From assembly GCA_976226885.1 (NCBI GenBank), contig OZ320316.1, positions 64,418,001 to 64,482,000 on the forward strand: a DNA stretch of 64,000 bases, given 5' to 3'. The DNA comes from Iphione sp. A-MEVVRFRX5. Taxonomy: Eukaryota. The notes under the pieces are model-generated. The model saw nothing but the letters and a program-made list of their open reading frames with translations, did not search any database and was not told the origin of the DNA. Below, one piece after another: positions 25,640-39,689 of the stretch (the first letter of the stretch is position 1; each line of letters begins with the position of its first letter). Made by a program: the position numbers and the translations under genes.

Positions 25640-26270
25640 GTAATATTTTATGAGTGTCTTTTAGGAACAAAAATGCTGGCACTATAAGTTATTTTGTTGC
25701 TTACCGTGAACAGGCCAATAGTTCCAGTCGATTGTTGCACGTGTATACAATCGGTCGCATTGCTTCGCTATATCTGGGTTATTTCTATCTTCCCAAAAGG
25801 CTTTACATTGTATTTGGTATCGACTCTGTCGTCCCCTCGCTCATACATGTCCAGTACATATCTCGTATATTGCATGCTTCATACAGGGTGCAAGGAAGAA
25901 ATCTATCAAAAAGCTACAGACTACCTATAACAGATGTCTACGAAATATTATCGGTACCAGAAATAATGCAAACTATCAATACCCATGTGTTAGACGAATG
26001 ATAACGAAACAAACACTGGTGGAAATACATAGGCTGTCTATTATGAAATGAATATCCCTGAGAAACAAAGGTAGAACTAGACTTGGACACAATACTCTTA
26101 TTGAACCGATAAGATGTAAATTCACCAGAGCAATATTAGACGTTTCCTATGTATAGGTATATTGTGGTGGAATGGCTTGGATGAAAACTTGAAGAAAGTT
26201 TAGTCGACAAAGAAATTCAACAATGTCCTAAAAAGATTTTTGTGTTAGTCAATAAGCACATAAGAGTACT
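25640..26270 (+). mobile_element. 3' part of a CR1/L2-group LINE ORF2
   Basis: KKSIKKLQTTYNRCLRNIIG and GILWWNGLDENLKKV...KKFNNVLK are typical C-terminal motifs (KLQxxQNRAxRxIxG; WNxL...FKxxLK). Confidence 0.65.
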
Positions 26271-27927
26271 GTTTGCTAATGAAAAACCATCTTTCATGTA
26301 CTATTATTATGTGTGCTTGTATTTAGTTGATTAAGTCAAATATGTCCACCACATAAAAGCTTGTACGTATACAAGAGAGTGACAATAAAATCCATTATTA
26401 TTATTATTATTATAACAATGGGCTTTCTATCGTAAGATGCCTGTCTCAGTGATGCTGATGCATTGGGTGGTGCACTATTTTTGCATGAAACATACATACG
26501 TGCAGGTCATGATAAACTATTCCATGTCACATACAGACACAATTTAGGTATCAAAACACTTGAAACCACCTGCTAGAACACTTTCTTAATTGAACATTTT
26601 GTTCTAGGAGAAATATTTTTCAAGGTTTCCCTTCAACTAATGAAAATTAGGATAAATTTTGTGGGAATTTTTTAACTTATCCCTTACATTTAATCCTGCC
26701 TTGTTACCATCCTTACCAAATATAAGAAATGATAATGTTTTCAAAAGAACATGCAAACAAAGGGCTTTAACATGATCTATATAAAATAGGATCACCTCTA
26801 TTAAAACCTGCAGCTAAACATGATATGTCAAACTACAGTTACATGTTTTAAAATCTTGATTTTTTCCGGACTTGTAGACACTCTCAAAGGTTCTTCTTCC
26901 ATAGTCTCCTACAGCGATACCTCTTTACATAAATATATTCACACATATTTATCATACAGATATTACACAACACATATGCCAGATATCAATGGAAAATATG
27001 CGTTATAAATGCATACATGTTGAAAGTATACATTAGAAAATATCATATACATATAGATGTAATACATGAAGGTAGATACATTATACGTCATGATTATGTC
27101 TTTAATGATATAGCGGATGGTCCTAAAGGCCAAGATTAATGCATATTTTATGTGACACGTTGTCGTCGTGCCTATTAAAGAAAACAACTTATTTCTTGTG
27201 CTTGTGAAAGCTCTTATTTTCCTACGAGCTGAATCTAAACGTCACAGTACAAGTATCTCTTCCTTAAATGTATGAGGCAGAGTGAATCTATATGATAAAA
27301 AAATCCCTACAAAGAAAAAATTGTTAAAGCATGTATATAACATGTAGTTTTCCCCAGATCTCCAGATCCTAATTAGAAAAAAATGTATACAAAACAGCTA
27401 TTAGAACTGGACATCTGGGGGATTGGTTATACTACCTATATAAAACATTGCTTGAAAGTAGTACAAGCCATAGGGAGGAGGTCTCATGGATGTGAGACAC
27501 TTTCTAACTGTCATTATTTTCTTCATGCTTATGGAAGTCTTGAAAGTATACCAATTCATCGACAATTACATGTGATTGTTTTCTCTCCCAAAAGGTTAAA
27601 CTGCAGAAAACATACACATAATTAAGGGACTTTTCCTAATTGGTGAGAGGTGTATCACTACACTGCAAAATGTAAAATATCAATATGGCAGACACCTCTC
27701 TCACTTTAGATCTCCCCTCTTGGCAGCCCCTCTCTCTCTACAAAAATTCTTGACTGAGACAGCGGGAGGAAAAATACTTTGTGTTTGTGTGTGAAAGGGG
27801 GATGGGGCTTGATCCAAGCTCAGCCACTTTGTCCACTATCCATTGCTGAAGGGCCGAGGCAAGGATAGGAGGGAGGCATGACCCAAGCTCAGCCAATTCA
27901 GCCACCCTGCTGAAAGGTGGGCAGCAG

Positions 27928-28500
27928 CCCAGCAAACCCATAAATGTTTAAAAAGTGTTTTGGAAATGTTTTCCTAAATTTCTTGAAAATGTTTTTAAAA
28001 AATGTTTTAAAAATGTTCAAGTGAATTGTCTTGAAAACATTTTCCAAAAACATTTTGAAAATCTCCTCCAAAAACATTTTGAAAATGTTTTTGGAAAATG
28101 TTTTCAAAACCATTTTTTATAATCTTAATTTCAAATTCAAAGTGTAAATCATACTAGTTTTCTCTTTATATATAATTCCATCTTCTCCAGAATACTCTTT
28201 TCTTGTGCAATTTCACTTTTTATACAAGAGTGTCTTGGTTTTCCATGATGTGAAATATTGCTTTGTTGGGCATTTGAATCCATGTCCTCTGCATCACTGG
28301 TGGAGTTAGCACTCTTATCCATTTTGCCACTGAGTCTGCCTGTCCTTAGCTGTGTTTATATGTTGCTATCACTCCTGAGCTCCCTTCAAGATCTTTAAAA
28401 AATGTTATTAAAACATTTTAAAAATGTTATTTCATAAGATTATTTGCAGCTTTTTTGAGACCTTTCAAAAACGTTGTGATAACGTTATGTGTTTGTTGGG
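27928..28500. mobile_element. 573 bp CMC/EnSpm-type MITE
   Basis: TIRs CCCAGCAAACCCATAAATGTT and AACGTTATGTGTTTGTTGGG; 2-bp TSD AG (27926-27 and 28501-02); many subterminal AAAATGTTT/AAACATTTT repeats in both orientations. Confidence 0.85.
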
Positions 28501-28589
28501 AGGGTTGGAGGGCAGTTCAGGGACTTAGAGAGAGGGAGAGGGCGTTAGTGCAAGTGCCGAAGGTGCTTGTTATAATTTAAAATCTTGTG

Positions 28590-30510
28590 ACAAAGAGTAG
28601 TGTCTGCAGTAAGGATAGCTAAAAAGGTCACATTCTTATACAAATAAATACTTACAAATAGCAAAACATATTGGGGACATGTTAGGAAAAGTCATGGGTA
28701 TGGCAAAACTCACCTCTCACAAACGATTATAAAATCAGATGGAACATCTCTAAACCCTTCCCTTTTACCAGAGTTAGTCAATACTTTCTTTGCCAATATT
28801 GGTAAGCGTATCTTAGACCAACTAGGTAACGAAATTCAAACATCACACAATGAAGACAGGTCACACACTTGTCAGGAGAAATTGACAGACTTTTTAACAT
28901 TCTTTATTTACGCTGGATTTGAATATAAAATTAGTATGTGGATCCCGTTCCATTTTGACAATACATGGTTGATTTAATGTTTATGGATTAATGTGCTAAT
29001 GATGATAATAATTTAATATTACTATTGGCTAGAGTGCAAAACCTTCATCATTGTCGTAAAAGAAGTAGCATAAGCAATTAAATCGTTTGGTGGCAACAAG
29101 CCAGGTTGTTTTTTGGGAAGTTCCACAAAGACTTGTAAAACGTTTAATTTTTTTTATCAAAACCTGAGATTCTAGTTCAGCTATTCTCTGATAGTTTTCA
29201 GCGGGCAAGAATTCCTCAGTGGTGGAAAGAAAGCATACTTGTACCTCTCCTAAAAATGAAAGTAGTAGATACGGTGGAAGACTATCACCCAGCAGTTCTG
29301 CATAATCTCAAAGATAAAGTACAGGAAAGGTTAGTACAAAAAGCATCTTGAAAGGAATGGCATTATTAGCGATTCACAATTTAACAGGGTCATTCTACGG
29401 AGCTTGCCATCACATAATTTATTTTACAACATAAATCGATCATTAAATATGGGAAAACAGTTTTAGGGGGTTTATTGATTTTCAGAAGGCATTTGATTCT
29501 GTGAATCACAAAATCCGTCCAAAAGAAATGAATGAATTAAATGTATCTGAAAATAAAATGCGATGGTTTGAGAAATATTTAACTGATACGAGACAGTCAC
29601 TACATTGTAACAGTTTACTGTCAAAGCCATTATCAGTTAGCTGCGGAGTTCTACAGGGATCCATTCTGGATCCATTATTTTTTGCAATTTTTATTGATTC
29701 CCTGCGGCAAATAGTTCAATATTCAAGATGCTATAGATATGCGGCTGACGTTACCATAAATCTTGGGGGTTAGAACTTGAGAGAAGCTGAAGGTAATCTG
29801 AGTGCAAATACTGCTATTATTTATTTCTGGACGAAAAAAGATGAAAATGTGAATGAACTTAACAAAAACATTAGGTATGCATGTACACTTTAGAAAGTGT
29901 ACATGTATACACTTTCTAAAGTGAAGACAAAATATGTTATCAAATATAATAAAAAGTAAGTACATGGAAATATCAATACAAAGGAAAAGTATTTCGGAAT
30001 AATTTTAAATAGTCATTTATTGATGAAGCTATGTCAGGAGTTGGTCAGTAGGAAGTTTTGTGCAAAGCTCAGCCACTTTAAATGAAGTATGTTGATAGGG
30101 GACATGCAATAAAAATCAAGCAGACAATGGTCTTGCTAGTGAGTAACTATGCAATAGACGTACACAAACTGAGGGGAGATCCTTTCAAAAATGGTACGAG
30201 CTAGAAAAAGAATCATTAATTGTGGGTACAGATATAAAAGGGTGACAGTCGGAAACGTTCAGAAGGGTTTCATATCGAGATGGGATATGAGAATATCTAC
30301 TCTTGTCCATCGAGTGGCAGTAGATGTGACAGATATCAAATCCTAAAACACCAAAAATGCACTAGGATTACAAAAAAGAAGCAAATTTTAGTCAAAAGAA
30401 TGAAGAGACAGTCTTTTGAAAAGTCAATTAAGTATATCTTTCATAAATTACGGCACCGTCTTCCGCCCAAGGTCACTAACTCAGAGGCATAGATGTTCAA
30501 GACTTATGTG
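28590..30510 (+). mobile_element. CR1/L2-group LINE ORF2 remnant (linker, RT, C-terminus)
   Basis: NTFFANIG; PQWWKESILVPLLK; DFQKAFDSVNHKI; CGVLQGSILDPLFFAIFIDSL; RYAAD; KYFGIILN; HRLPPKVT...FKTY. Confidence 0.88.
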
Positions 30511-32202
30511 TTGCAGTTGAGAAGACAGGATGTCCTGTCTTTCAAAGTCTCCTAGGTGTAAGCGATTGCAAGATACATCGGGCTCAGCTACTCATATGTA
30601 TGTGGTTTTGTGAGTTGGATGTGAGTCGATTCAACTGCCGACTGACTCACCAATGGCCCGATTCTGCCACCCACCAAGTCAGCAACACCTTAGTGGAGTT
30701 GTTGTCACAGTAGTAGGGAAGGGTTACCACTGGTCGCTAGGTGCCATATCTTGACTTTGGGTACTAGAGAACAGCTCTGGTACCCTCAAGGGTTTTCATG
30801 CTGATGTTAGCACTGGCCAACTTGGTTGGCTGCTGACTCCTCCGTGTGGGTTAGGGCTTTCCCATGGTGACATCATCATTGCAGAATTCCAAACCAGGGC
30901 CTGACCCTCTTGTAAGCAGTTCACTCATTGGCAGCAAGATTTCAGGCATGGGCATCAATCAGAAGGCAGCGGGACTATTTCCATCAGCCGTTTTATAAGT
31001 TTAGTGTAATAAGATGTTCTAGTTTTCACATGGGGCTCTGCTGCTGTCAAAAATTGTTGACAATGGAGAAGGAAATTGGAATGCATGTTGTTAGAACAAA
31101 TGCTGATTAGAATTAAGTAAAACATTTAGTAATAATCGACTCTTGTGGTCAGCTAAAAAGTAACACAAGATGATGTGTGACACAATTGCTATTATATTAA
31201 ACTCTACAAGTCTGAGCGGGTTGGATGAGGAACTCTGTCATAATCCTTACTGAACACTGATTATGTAAACCTGTGTAGTAGTGAGTGGAACGTTACTGTG
31301 AAAATTGTTAGAGAGCAGACTTATCCGATCATATTACTCTTAACTGATCTTCTCAAACTTTATAACATCACATTTTATCAATGATACCTTGGAAAAATAT
31401 TTTATAATCAACTAGATGTTAATGCCTTGTGTATGTCATTTTTAATATAAATAAAGTTCTGAAAAAAAACAAAAGAATCATCCTGTAATACATCAACGCA
31501 AGATGCCTTCCCATTAGCTATCCAAACGTGTGTCATTACGATAATGTGTACCAAATGAAATTGAAGCTGACAAGGTAAATGTGTTTACAACGGCATACTA
31601 GCGTCGTGAAGAAGGAACTTGGTGTCATTTTATGTCTTCATGAAATTTCACTGGCGATATAACTCTTTGAGTGGTAAGATGACCTGGTTGGCTTAATGGC
31701 CATAATCCATCTTAGGTTTTACCTTGTTCCCGGTCCATGTGAACGCATCCACCTGAACTGTATTTAATAATTCTATAAAACGCATATGCGTTTATCCAAT
31801 TTGCGTCATACTTAGACAAAAGACAGATGATAGAGAAGCAATTGAGGTCATGCATTAACGCATATCGCTAATTTTAATAATTAAGTTCTTTTCCAAAATG
31901 AATGTAAAAATGATCACTCCAGTATTCTACTTTTTGCAGCCCTTTTTCCAAGATGAGCAAAACCTATGAGTCATTAAATGCTGCTGCACCCATTCACATA
32001 TACGTCAAGATTAATGTTGAAATCGTAACTGAATTTATCTTTTAAACAATCAACCTAACCCGAAGGTCCAAACAAAATATGTTTTCGAACTTACCAATTT
32101 TTTGTCTTATCCTTTCAAGAACAAGAAAAACAAACAAAAACGGGTTTTCACGGCCACCCATCCCACAGCTTAATGCTCTGATCAGGCGTGTAAATTGACT
32201 TC

Positions 32203-32358
32203 CGATGAAAAGAATACAAAGATGCAAAGTAATATTACCACACATGCCTGGAATTTAAGGCCTGGGTAAATTTAATCCCACGATGAAAAGAATACAAAGA
32301 TGCAAAGTAATATTATCACACATGCCTGGCATTTAAGGCCTGGGTAAATTTGATCCCA
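32203..32358. repeat. Tandem duplication, 2 x 78 bp
   Basis: Units 32203-32280 and 32281-32358 differ at 3 positions by manual comparison. Confidence 0.95.
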
Positions 32359-32559
32359 CGATACTCTTAATATACGATGCTTATTACCTTTTAGACGTAG
32401 GGACACTATAATAAGTTCCACCCGACGAAATCAATATTCTCGAACCAAGGTATCAGTTTGGTAAAGGTGCATTCCTCTACAATGTATGACTGGTCTTTGA
32501 AGATTGGATTCCCACTGGATATGTTAGAAAGGCCTTTTTTCAGTAGGCTTCATTATTTC

Positions 32560-32830
32560 CCAGAGTTTCCAAGGACATAACTACTATTGGCAGGCAGCAG
32601 GCTTCGGGCTGCATTGCCAGACATTGGCGATGGACGGATGCTGCTGTCGAGAGGCCTTCGGTGGTGTGCGTGACCATACAGTCCCGACATAATAACCGGT
32701 GTGGCACTCAGTCTAACAGCATGTGTCGATGGCCAAGCCGACATCCGGCAATACATCGTGCCTCACTTGAGTGTCTTGATAGGCAATTGAGAGCCTTCAC
32801 CACTGCAAACAATGTGGTCAGGCGAGGTGT
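32560..32830 (-). mobile_element. Possible LINE C-terminal (RNase H / Cys-His knuckle) remnant
   Basis: LFAVVKALNC...IAGCRLGH...CRDC...SVHRQC resembles the I/Nimb-clade RLRxGH...CxxC...HxLxxC. The similarity is weak. Confidence 0.25.
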
Positions 32831-34269
32831 GCAAACAGCAAGTCGCCCACAACTGCGTGGATTGTGCCTTCCAATCGCTCGCAATCAGAGGCAGGCATGC
32901 AGTCCGGCAAGCAGCCGCCTGGTTGCTGTCGTGGAGGGTGACCTCTTAGAAATTGCTCCGGTAGGAACATAGCAGCGCAGCACCGGTGGTGGTCACCAAA
33001 CATGTCTAGTGAGGTTGAGGAGAACCGAGAGTCGTGATCCGTTGCATAAAATCTACAAATGGAAAGAGCGCTTGCAAAACTATCAATCATTCACGATGGA
33101 TCGTACGTAAAGGCCGAGACAGGAAGATAGGAATAAGAAGAGAGAAAAAGAAAAGAAGGGAGCCTTCTAATGTCTCGTCCGAACCTCTTTTCGTAAAGAT
33201 ATATGACGCTATGTGAGAGGAAAAGAGCCTAATACAGGATGGCATAATCTCCAACGCGCGTTTTCATTAAACTTTTTTTATCCACATTAATCGTCTTTAA
33301 AATCATATATCCTCACCCTGCCTTCGATAAGAGAATTAGATTGAATTTTCAAATAGCTAGGACAGTTTCCTGCGGCCTGGACTGACGTGCTGATTAAGCT
33401 GGCTGTGGTGTCACAATCATTACTCCATTGTTTTCCTTCAGCCTGTAAAGCTGGTAATCCCAGGCGATTTGTTTAATGGACAACGAAATTAGAGTGGTCC
33501 AGAAAGTCTTAAATAGGTTTAGCTTGGTGATGGGATTAGTACGTGCGGCCCTGCATGATGGAAAAAACGACTCCCCCCTCCTCTACTCCGAATCCGAAAT
33601 GACAAAGTAGTTGCAGATACTTTCCTTGAAGCGTTGCTGCAGGCGCACACCGGCGCAGACGCACGACATACGTAAAGCAAAAGGTTCAAGTATAGAACAA
33701 AAAAAAATGCAGCGTGTTCATTGAATTTTGCCTTAGGTATCAACTTGTCTGAGCTATTTCCGTGGCATTACCTCCCTGCAGCAGGTTCCATGTCAATAAA
33801 CAACTGCAGACTTATCTAAGGATAATAGGCTGGTACCAGTTAGGCCTGAGCATAGGACGCTCCAGTCACAGCTGAGTTTAATCTAATAATGTGCATGTCA
33901 GTGATGTCTTTTTCTCTAAAGTAGGCTGACCAAATCCGAGGTAAAAGCTAATATTCCGTAATGAGATAACCGTTTATCAAATCGAATCATCACCAGAGTC
34001 ATCAGAATATCCCAGCAAAATAAAGTAATCACTGAAATTGTAAATCTGAAAGAGAAATCCGTTCTGGAGAATCCTTATGTGCTTGTTCATCATTTACCTG
34101 ATGCAATTAAAACAGAGATTGTCTGAGCTCCTGACTGTCTGGTGAGCACCAAGTCGCACTGCGGATGGAATGTAAGATGCTGGCCAGAAGATATAACCAA
34201 TACTTAATAATACAGGCTTTCCATACACTTGTATCCACACTTCTGAACATGTAGGTGCAACATATTGGA

Positions 34270-34720
34270 AAACCAGCGCATAGGACATGCCTACCCCTTA
34301 CCACATGTACTGGATATAATACATATGGATGCATACGCCGATTGGTCAAACAATGTTTTTTCTGAATATAGCACGCATGAGTCAGTGGGATACATGATAT
34401 ACTGTTTTCAATCATTAAGGTAGCCCCCAGAGGCCACCCTGATGTGTTTATGATATTGAATATGTGAACAATGGAAGACCGTCATGCATCCCACTCCAGG
34501 AGCATCCATACCCATACATTTCAAAATGAAAGCTGTGAATGCAATCATATACATAGAAAGCCCGCCTTATATAAAAACGTGGGCTAGTGGCCAAGAATTG
34601 CCTTCTCGGAGACTGTGGGTGAAAATAGCCACACTACCATGCATGCCACATCAATTATTAGTAGCCAGCCTTTTGTCCAGTCATGACATATCTGAGCGAT
34701 GGGTGTCTCTGAACCGTTAA
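34270..34720 (+). mobile_element. Possible decayed Tc1-like transposase remnant
   Basis: DWSNNVFSEYS (like WxxVLFSDES), AVNAIIYIE (like LNAxxYxxIL) and LVASLLSSHDI occur in the expected order. No TIRs were found. Confidence 0.3.
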
Positions 34721-35029
34721 TCTCATACAGGGCGAGTATGTCTGTGTATCGTTCAGGTAGCTTGAGGGTCATTGAATAAGTGTATTTAGGATGATAGGAG
34801 AGGAACATAACGATACTCACGTATGATTAAGAAATCTAATAACTGGTACTTATTTTTTCTCACCAATGTTAAGTTACAACACATTAAGTTTGATAAGCTT
34901 GGATAATCTGATATTCGGGAGAATTTACGAGATGAAAGATTTATCAGACACAAGCTTCGTAACTAAAAACAGTTATATTCTTGACATTTATCGAAGGATA
35001 ATTAATTAAGACATTAAACAACTATATAA

Positions 35030-35370
35030 GGCAAAACAATAGGTGTGATTGTGGTAAACCCCCCCCCCCCCCACCTAGTAAAACCTCACCCTACCTAAAA
35101 AATTTTTTGCCCCAAAGAGTTTCCAAGGCTGAATTTTCTTAGATACATGTTTTCACAGCACATACTTTTTGTAAATTCAGTAGAAAAGTAGTAAAATCCA
35201 TGGAAATTCAGCAAAAACTGTAAATTGGTCAAAATTCTTCATATTATCTTTATTATTATCGAAAACCAGAGGAAGAAAATGGAAAGAAAATATAAAAAAA
35301 AAGATACCCCCCCTCCCGAACTAGGTTTTTGGGTGGCCGTTACCAGAAACACACCTATTTTTTTTTTGCC
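35030..35370. mobile_element. 341 bp PIF/Harbinger-type MITE
   Basis: TIRs GGCAAAACAATAGGTGTGATTGTGGTAA and TTACCAGAAACACACCTATTTTTTTTTTGCC, with TAA on both flanks (35027-29 and 35371-73). Confidence 0.8.
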
Positions 35371-38300
35371 TAATCACACACTCCTTACAGACTTCGAAGC
35401 CTAGGCATGCTACGCCATGTGCCAGCGAACTACCCAAATCAAGGGACACATACCAAGTACAGAGTACAATAGGTTGGATGTACAGCCACAATGTACCCTG
35501 AGCAAATACATACCGTAGGCAAACCATGTTCGTTTGAGAAAACATACCCTAGGAAATATGGTAAAATCTTTATATATAGCGTAGTTATGAAACCATAACA
35601 AAATTTGGATAATATCAACTATTTATCTGTTATGTATTTACATTTATAATCACTATTCTTAAACCTAAACGCAAACCTCACTCTAGCTTATGATCTTCTC
35701 CTGAGGCACATATCGCATACTTTCTCTTATGGCGACTAGATTATTGATTCCTCGGGTTAGATTCGTGTCCAAGAACAAAAATGAATGATAATAAGCAAGA
35801 GGTAGGATTCTTATATCATAGGGGTTGTATGCCTACTAGTATGAACCAAGGAACACCATGAGTGGACCAACAAAATTTCCCGGAGGTTAAAATTCTGAGA
35901 CAACAGGTGCAAGGGAGGTTTGTTTTCCGTAGTCCGGCAAATCGACGGGTTGACCTTTTAGGCAGTCGCATATCAGTAGAGGGGGTACATTTAGTCTAAT
36001 CTCACTGAAGTCTAAAAATGTGTGCCACAACCACTATCAGACACAACGCCTTGGAGCTACATTTGACCTTTAAGTGTTTTCGCTAGACTGTGAACGAAAA
36101 AGGGCAAGTATTTTGATGCATCGTCGGTCTAGAATTCTGGTATGTATCACCTGAACTCTGGATGTACTTTCTTCCGCATTCTTCTATTCAGATTAAAACA
36201 ACCGATAGAAAAAAAACTTTACTCCCTGAAAACCGTTACGTGCATATGTGCATGTAGGTCTGTATCCATATCTATTTAAGGAGACATGATGCCTCAGGCA
36301 TTCCCCTGTACAATGGGCGCCTTAGAGCATTAATGCATCAAATATCATCCTTGCATGTAAACATATTTTACATGAGTAATATCTCTGAGAAAACCTTGTA
36401 GAACCGCCATTGTAATCTATTTTATTCTTAGAACTGTACTATGCTTATTCATTTTTTTCATACAATGTATACCAGAGCATCATGATCGTTGACAGACCCC
36501 TGTCTCGGAGGAGAAAACATTTTAATGCATCCTCTCCCTATGGTCATCACATAGACAGGTCATTGACCTTGAAAGGATATTTTATCAGGGAAACATCAAA
36601 CGTATACGTTCCCTGCAAACGTATGTTCCCTGCAATGCCCTATGCAATAACTATTATCTATCAGCCACATATTGTTTGATTAAAACATGCAACATTATAC
36701 TTGGAGTGTGAGATTCCGATGGTTCAAGTAGAAATCAATTTGTTGGGTGCCGTTTCTCATCTTGAGAGCCTGAGGTGGCCAGACCACATGTCCTCGGGCT
36801 CGCGTGCTCTCATGTGGGAAAGACACCGGTGCTCAGTGAAGGCAAATGATGGATGTAGCTGTACGCTACTTTGTTTCAGCAAAATATTAGCATGCTGTGA
36901 GTAGCGGAGCAATTATTGAATCAAATCATTAAAGTTTTCGAATATTGTCATGTTTTAGTCGATGGCCTCGTTCATGAAAGCCGATTTATACAGTGCATTT
37001 TGTCGAAAAGATGTCTCCCCTTTCTAGACATGGACCAAAAAGTGCACGTAGCGACGAAAATGATTTGAACCCTCACTTATGTAAACCAAACACTACAAAT
37101 CTTAAAATTAATATGATCACTTGCTGTGTACATTAGACAAATTTATAATGTATAAACTTCGTTGAAATATAGGGTTGTCCTTCGAATACAGTGGATACTG
37201 CACATTATTTTGTAGCCAATGTGAACTATCCTCAATTATCATATATCAAAAGTTTATCAGTGACAGTTATGTTAAAACAGGAAAGCCCAGAAGACTGTTA
37301 CTCTTTTAATGAAGGTTTTAGCCCTATGTTTGTGTAATATAGAAACTTAATCAGGGCACTCTATGATTAAAAAGCTTTGATCGGTAAAATGATTTTCCTT
37401 CGGCCTTTTTTTTCTTAGATACCTGCAATAAGAGACATACAAATTTACCTTACAAATCGGTTTCAGTGAAGACTTTTGGGTAGAACTGTGTTTTATGTAT
37501 GCGAACCTTGGGGTATTAAGTGTACCATACGTTCCTGGTCTGCCATTGGGTTGTTAGGGACCAATCATGAGGGAAGTCCAGTCGGCTGAAGCCATGTCAG
37601 ATCGATGTGACAAGCAACTCCCGGTAAGTGAACAATGAAATAGGTATGTCTACCCAATGTGTAAAGTGATAGTCTGAGATTCACTTTCATCTCACGGGAG
37701 CAACTGGTGCACATTATCCAGGTTGTCTGAAGAATGAAGTCAGTACACTTTTGGAAGAAATACCTCGTGCTACTAGAATAACACCAGGCAGCAGATAAAA
37801 AGCGCTCAAAGACCTCCGACGGCTCAACTGCGCAATCAATTGGAACAAGCAATGGTTCGCTTTAAAACCTTGAACAGTTGCCTCGCGACTAATTATTGTC
37901 AATAATTATACGGAAGAAGAGCACCATGTCGACGTTTTCAATTAGCTCGATCATGGCCATGACAGGGAAGGCAAGAAGGAAGGCTTCACCAGATTGGACA
38001 CCATGTTGCTACTGACATTTTCGTTTGGATCAGAAACCAATCCGACTTTTAATTCATTATGGCACACTATTGCAGTGCAAGAAGATACAAAGATATTCTC
38101 TCTGGTCGGCATTACGCAGAGGATTAAGGGAATAATGCATTTATTGTATAAATTATCTGCCCTTATTCTCCTCGCCACAGAGAAAATAACTTTCATCTGC
38201 AGGAAAGGGGTTTTCCGATTGAACATATTTGGCTGTGTTGGTTCAAGAGGGAAATAGCTTTAACCTCCAGATTAACGTGCAGAGCTTCAATCCAGTGATG

Positions 38301-39689
38301 GTCTTTTTTGATTCAAAACCTCAAAACCGTTAAAGAATGTTACTGATGTTGGCATGTTCCTTGTCCAAGCAGGAGTTATTAAGTAGTCCCATGATATTGA
38401 TGGTTGTGCAGCCAAGCCCATTATTTGTCGGGGGAGTGCTTATCCGGCCTGATTGCTGTAAAATTACGAAAGATAGAATATGACACAACACCGGAAATAC
38501 CTATTAAATAAAGCCTGCATATATCCAGAGTTAAATGGTATCCTTAATGGATGATAAAAACCTAGGTAGACTATTCCTCAAAGGATAAGTTGGGTATTGA
38601 CCTGTTGTTCGCCACCTGTCGCAATATCATATGTTGTATCCTGATACATTGGATAGAGTGCCATTGTTATACCTTTTTAAGTGCCTCAATTCATATATAG
38701 ATTTACCCTGTTACGATGGCATCTCATGACATTGCTAAAATGTATCGTAGTGTTTATATTTATGGGCCATATAGTACATTTATCTCTGAACTGTTACACT
38801 GATTCCGAAGCGATGTATTGAACTACTATATTCCTCAAAACTTTGCTAAGGTTTTTCTAGGAAATCGGGTCTTCACTATATATTCCTTCGTACTTATTTT
38901 TAGGATACAAATACATATGTGCAATAAGGAAGAAGATAAGGAGGAATGAAGAGGGAGGAAAGGAAAAAAAGGAAAGGAAGACTTTTACCTTAACTAGATG
39001 CGTTATTAGATTGAAAACATCAGCGGGAACAAAAATATATCCAGTTAAAATGGTTGGAGTATACATAGATAGCTATTACTTCAACATGATAAACATTACA
39101 GAACTGACAAATTCAGGGTATTTCCCAGACAGACAACATTCAGATGTTCTTTGGTGGTCGAAGCATGTTAGATATGAGATAAACTAATTCAAATATAGAT
39201 AATTCCAATTCCGAGTGAAACCTAAATGGGCACGGCAGATGTTTGTATGAAATGTCTTTATTAATTAAATATACTGCTTGTCATAACGATCTAATCTAAA
39301 ACCTTAGACATTGCTCCCTCTATCCATATTAGCTTGATTTACCATGTACATCTATGGGTAGAGCACTTTCCTGTAGCGTTATGCGTAGTTCGCAAAGATT
39401 TTAAACTTCGCAAAGTTAATTCTTTTTCTCGTCTGCTTTACTCAGCAAAACACATTATGACGTATCGAATGTGACAAATGCCTTCTGAAACTGTTTCAGT
39501 CTCTACAGCGCAGCATTATGTTTAACACAACAATGCCAAGGTGTGGTGTTGCATATGTATGTAATCTATTTAATGATTTTCTGGCTTGGGGGTATGCCAT
39601 ACGCTGCGGAATATGCTTTAATTCTTGGCGTGCTACATCTTAGTGGCCTGTCTACTTTACGATATGCAATTTAATGCAGAAGTGCTATT

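Noticed and set aside
27628-28693. 12-bp inverted match GACTTTTCCTAA / TTAGGAAAAGTC as TIRs of a larger element
   Set aside because: The right copy falls inside the LINE linker coding region and the adjacent motifs are in the wrong order, so it is likely chance.
37900-38230. Tc1-like SLSWP...LIENV patch on the minus strand
   Set aside because: It needs a frameshift and the motif spacing is wrong; too weak to call.
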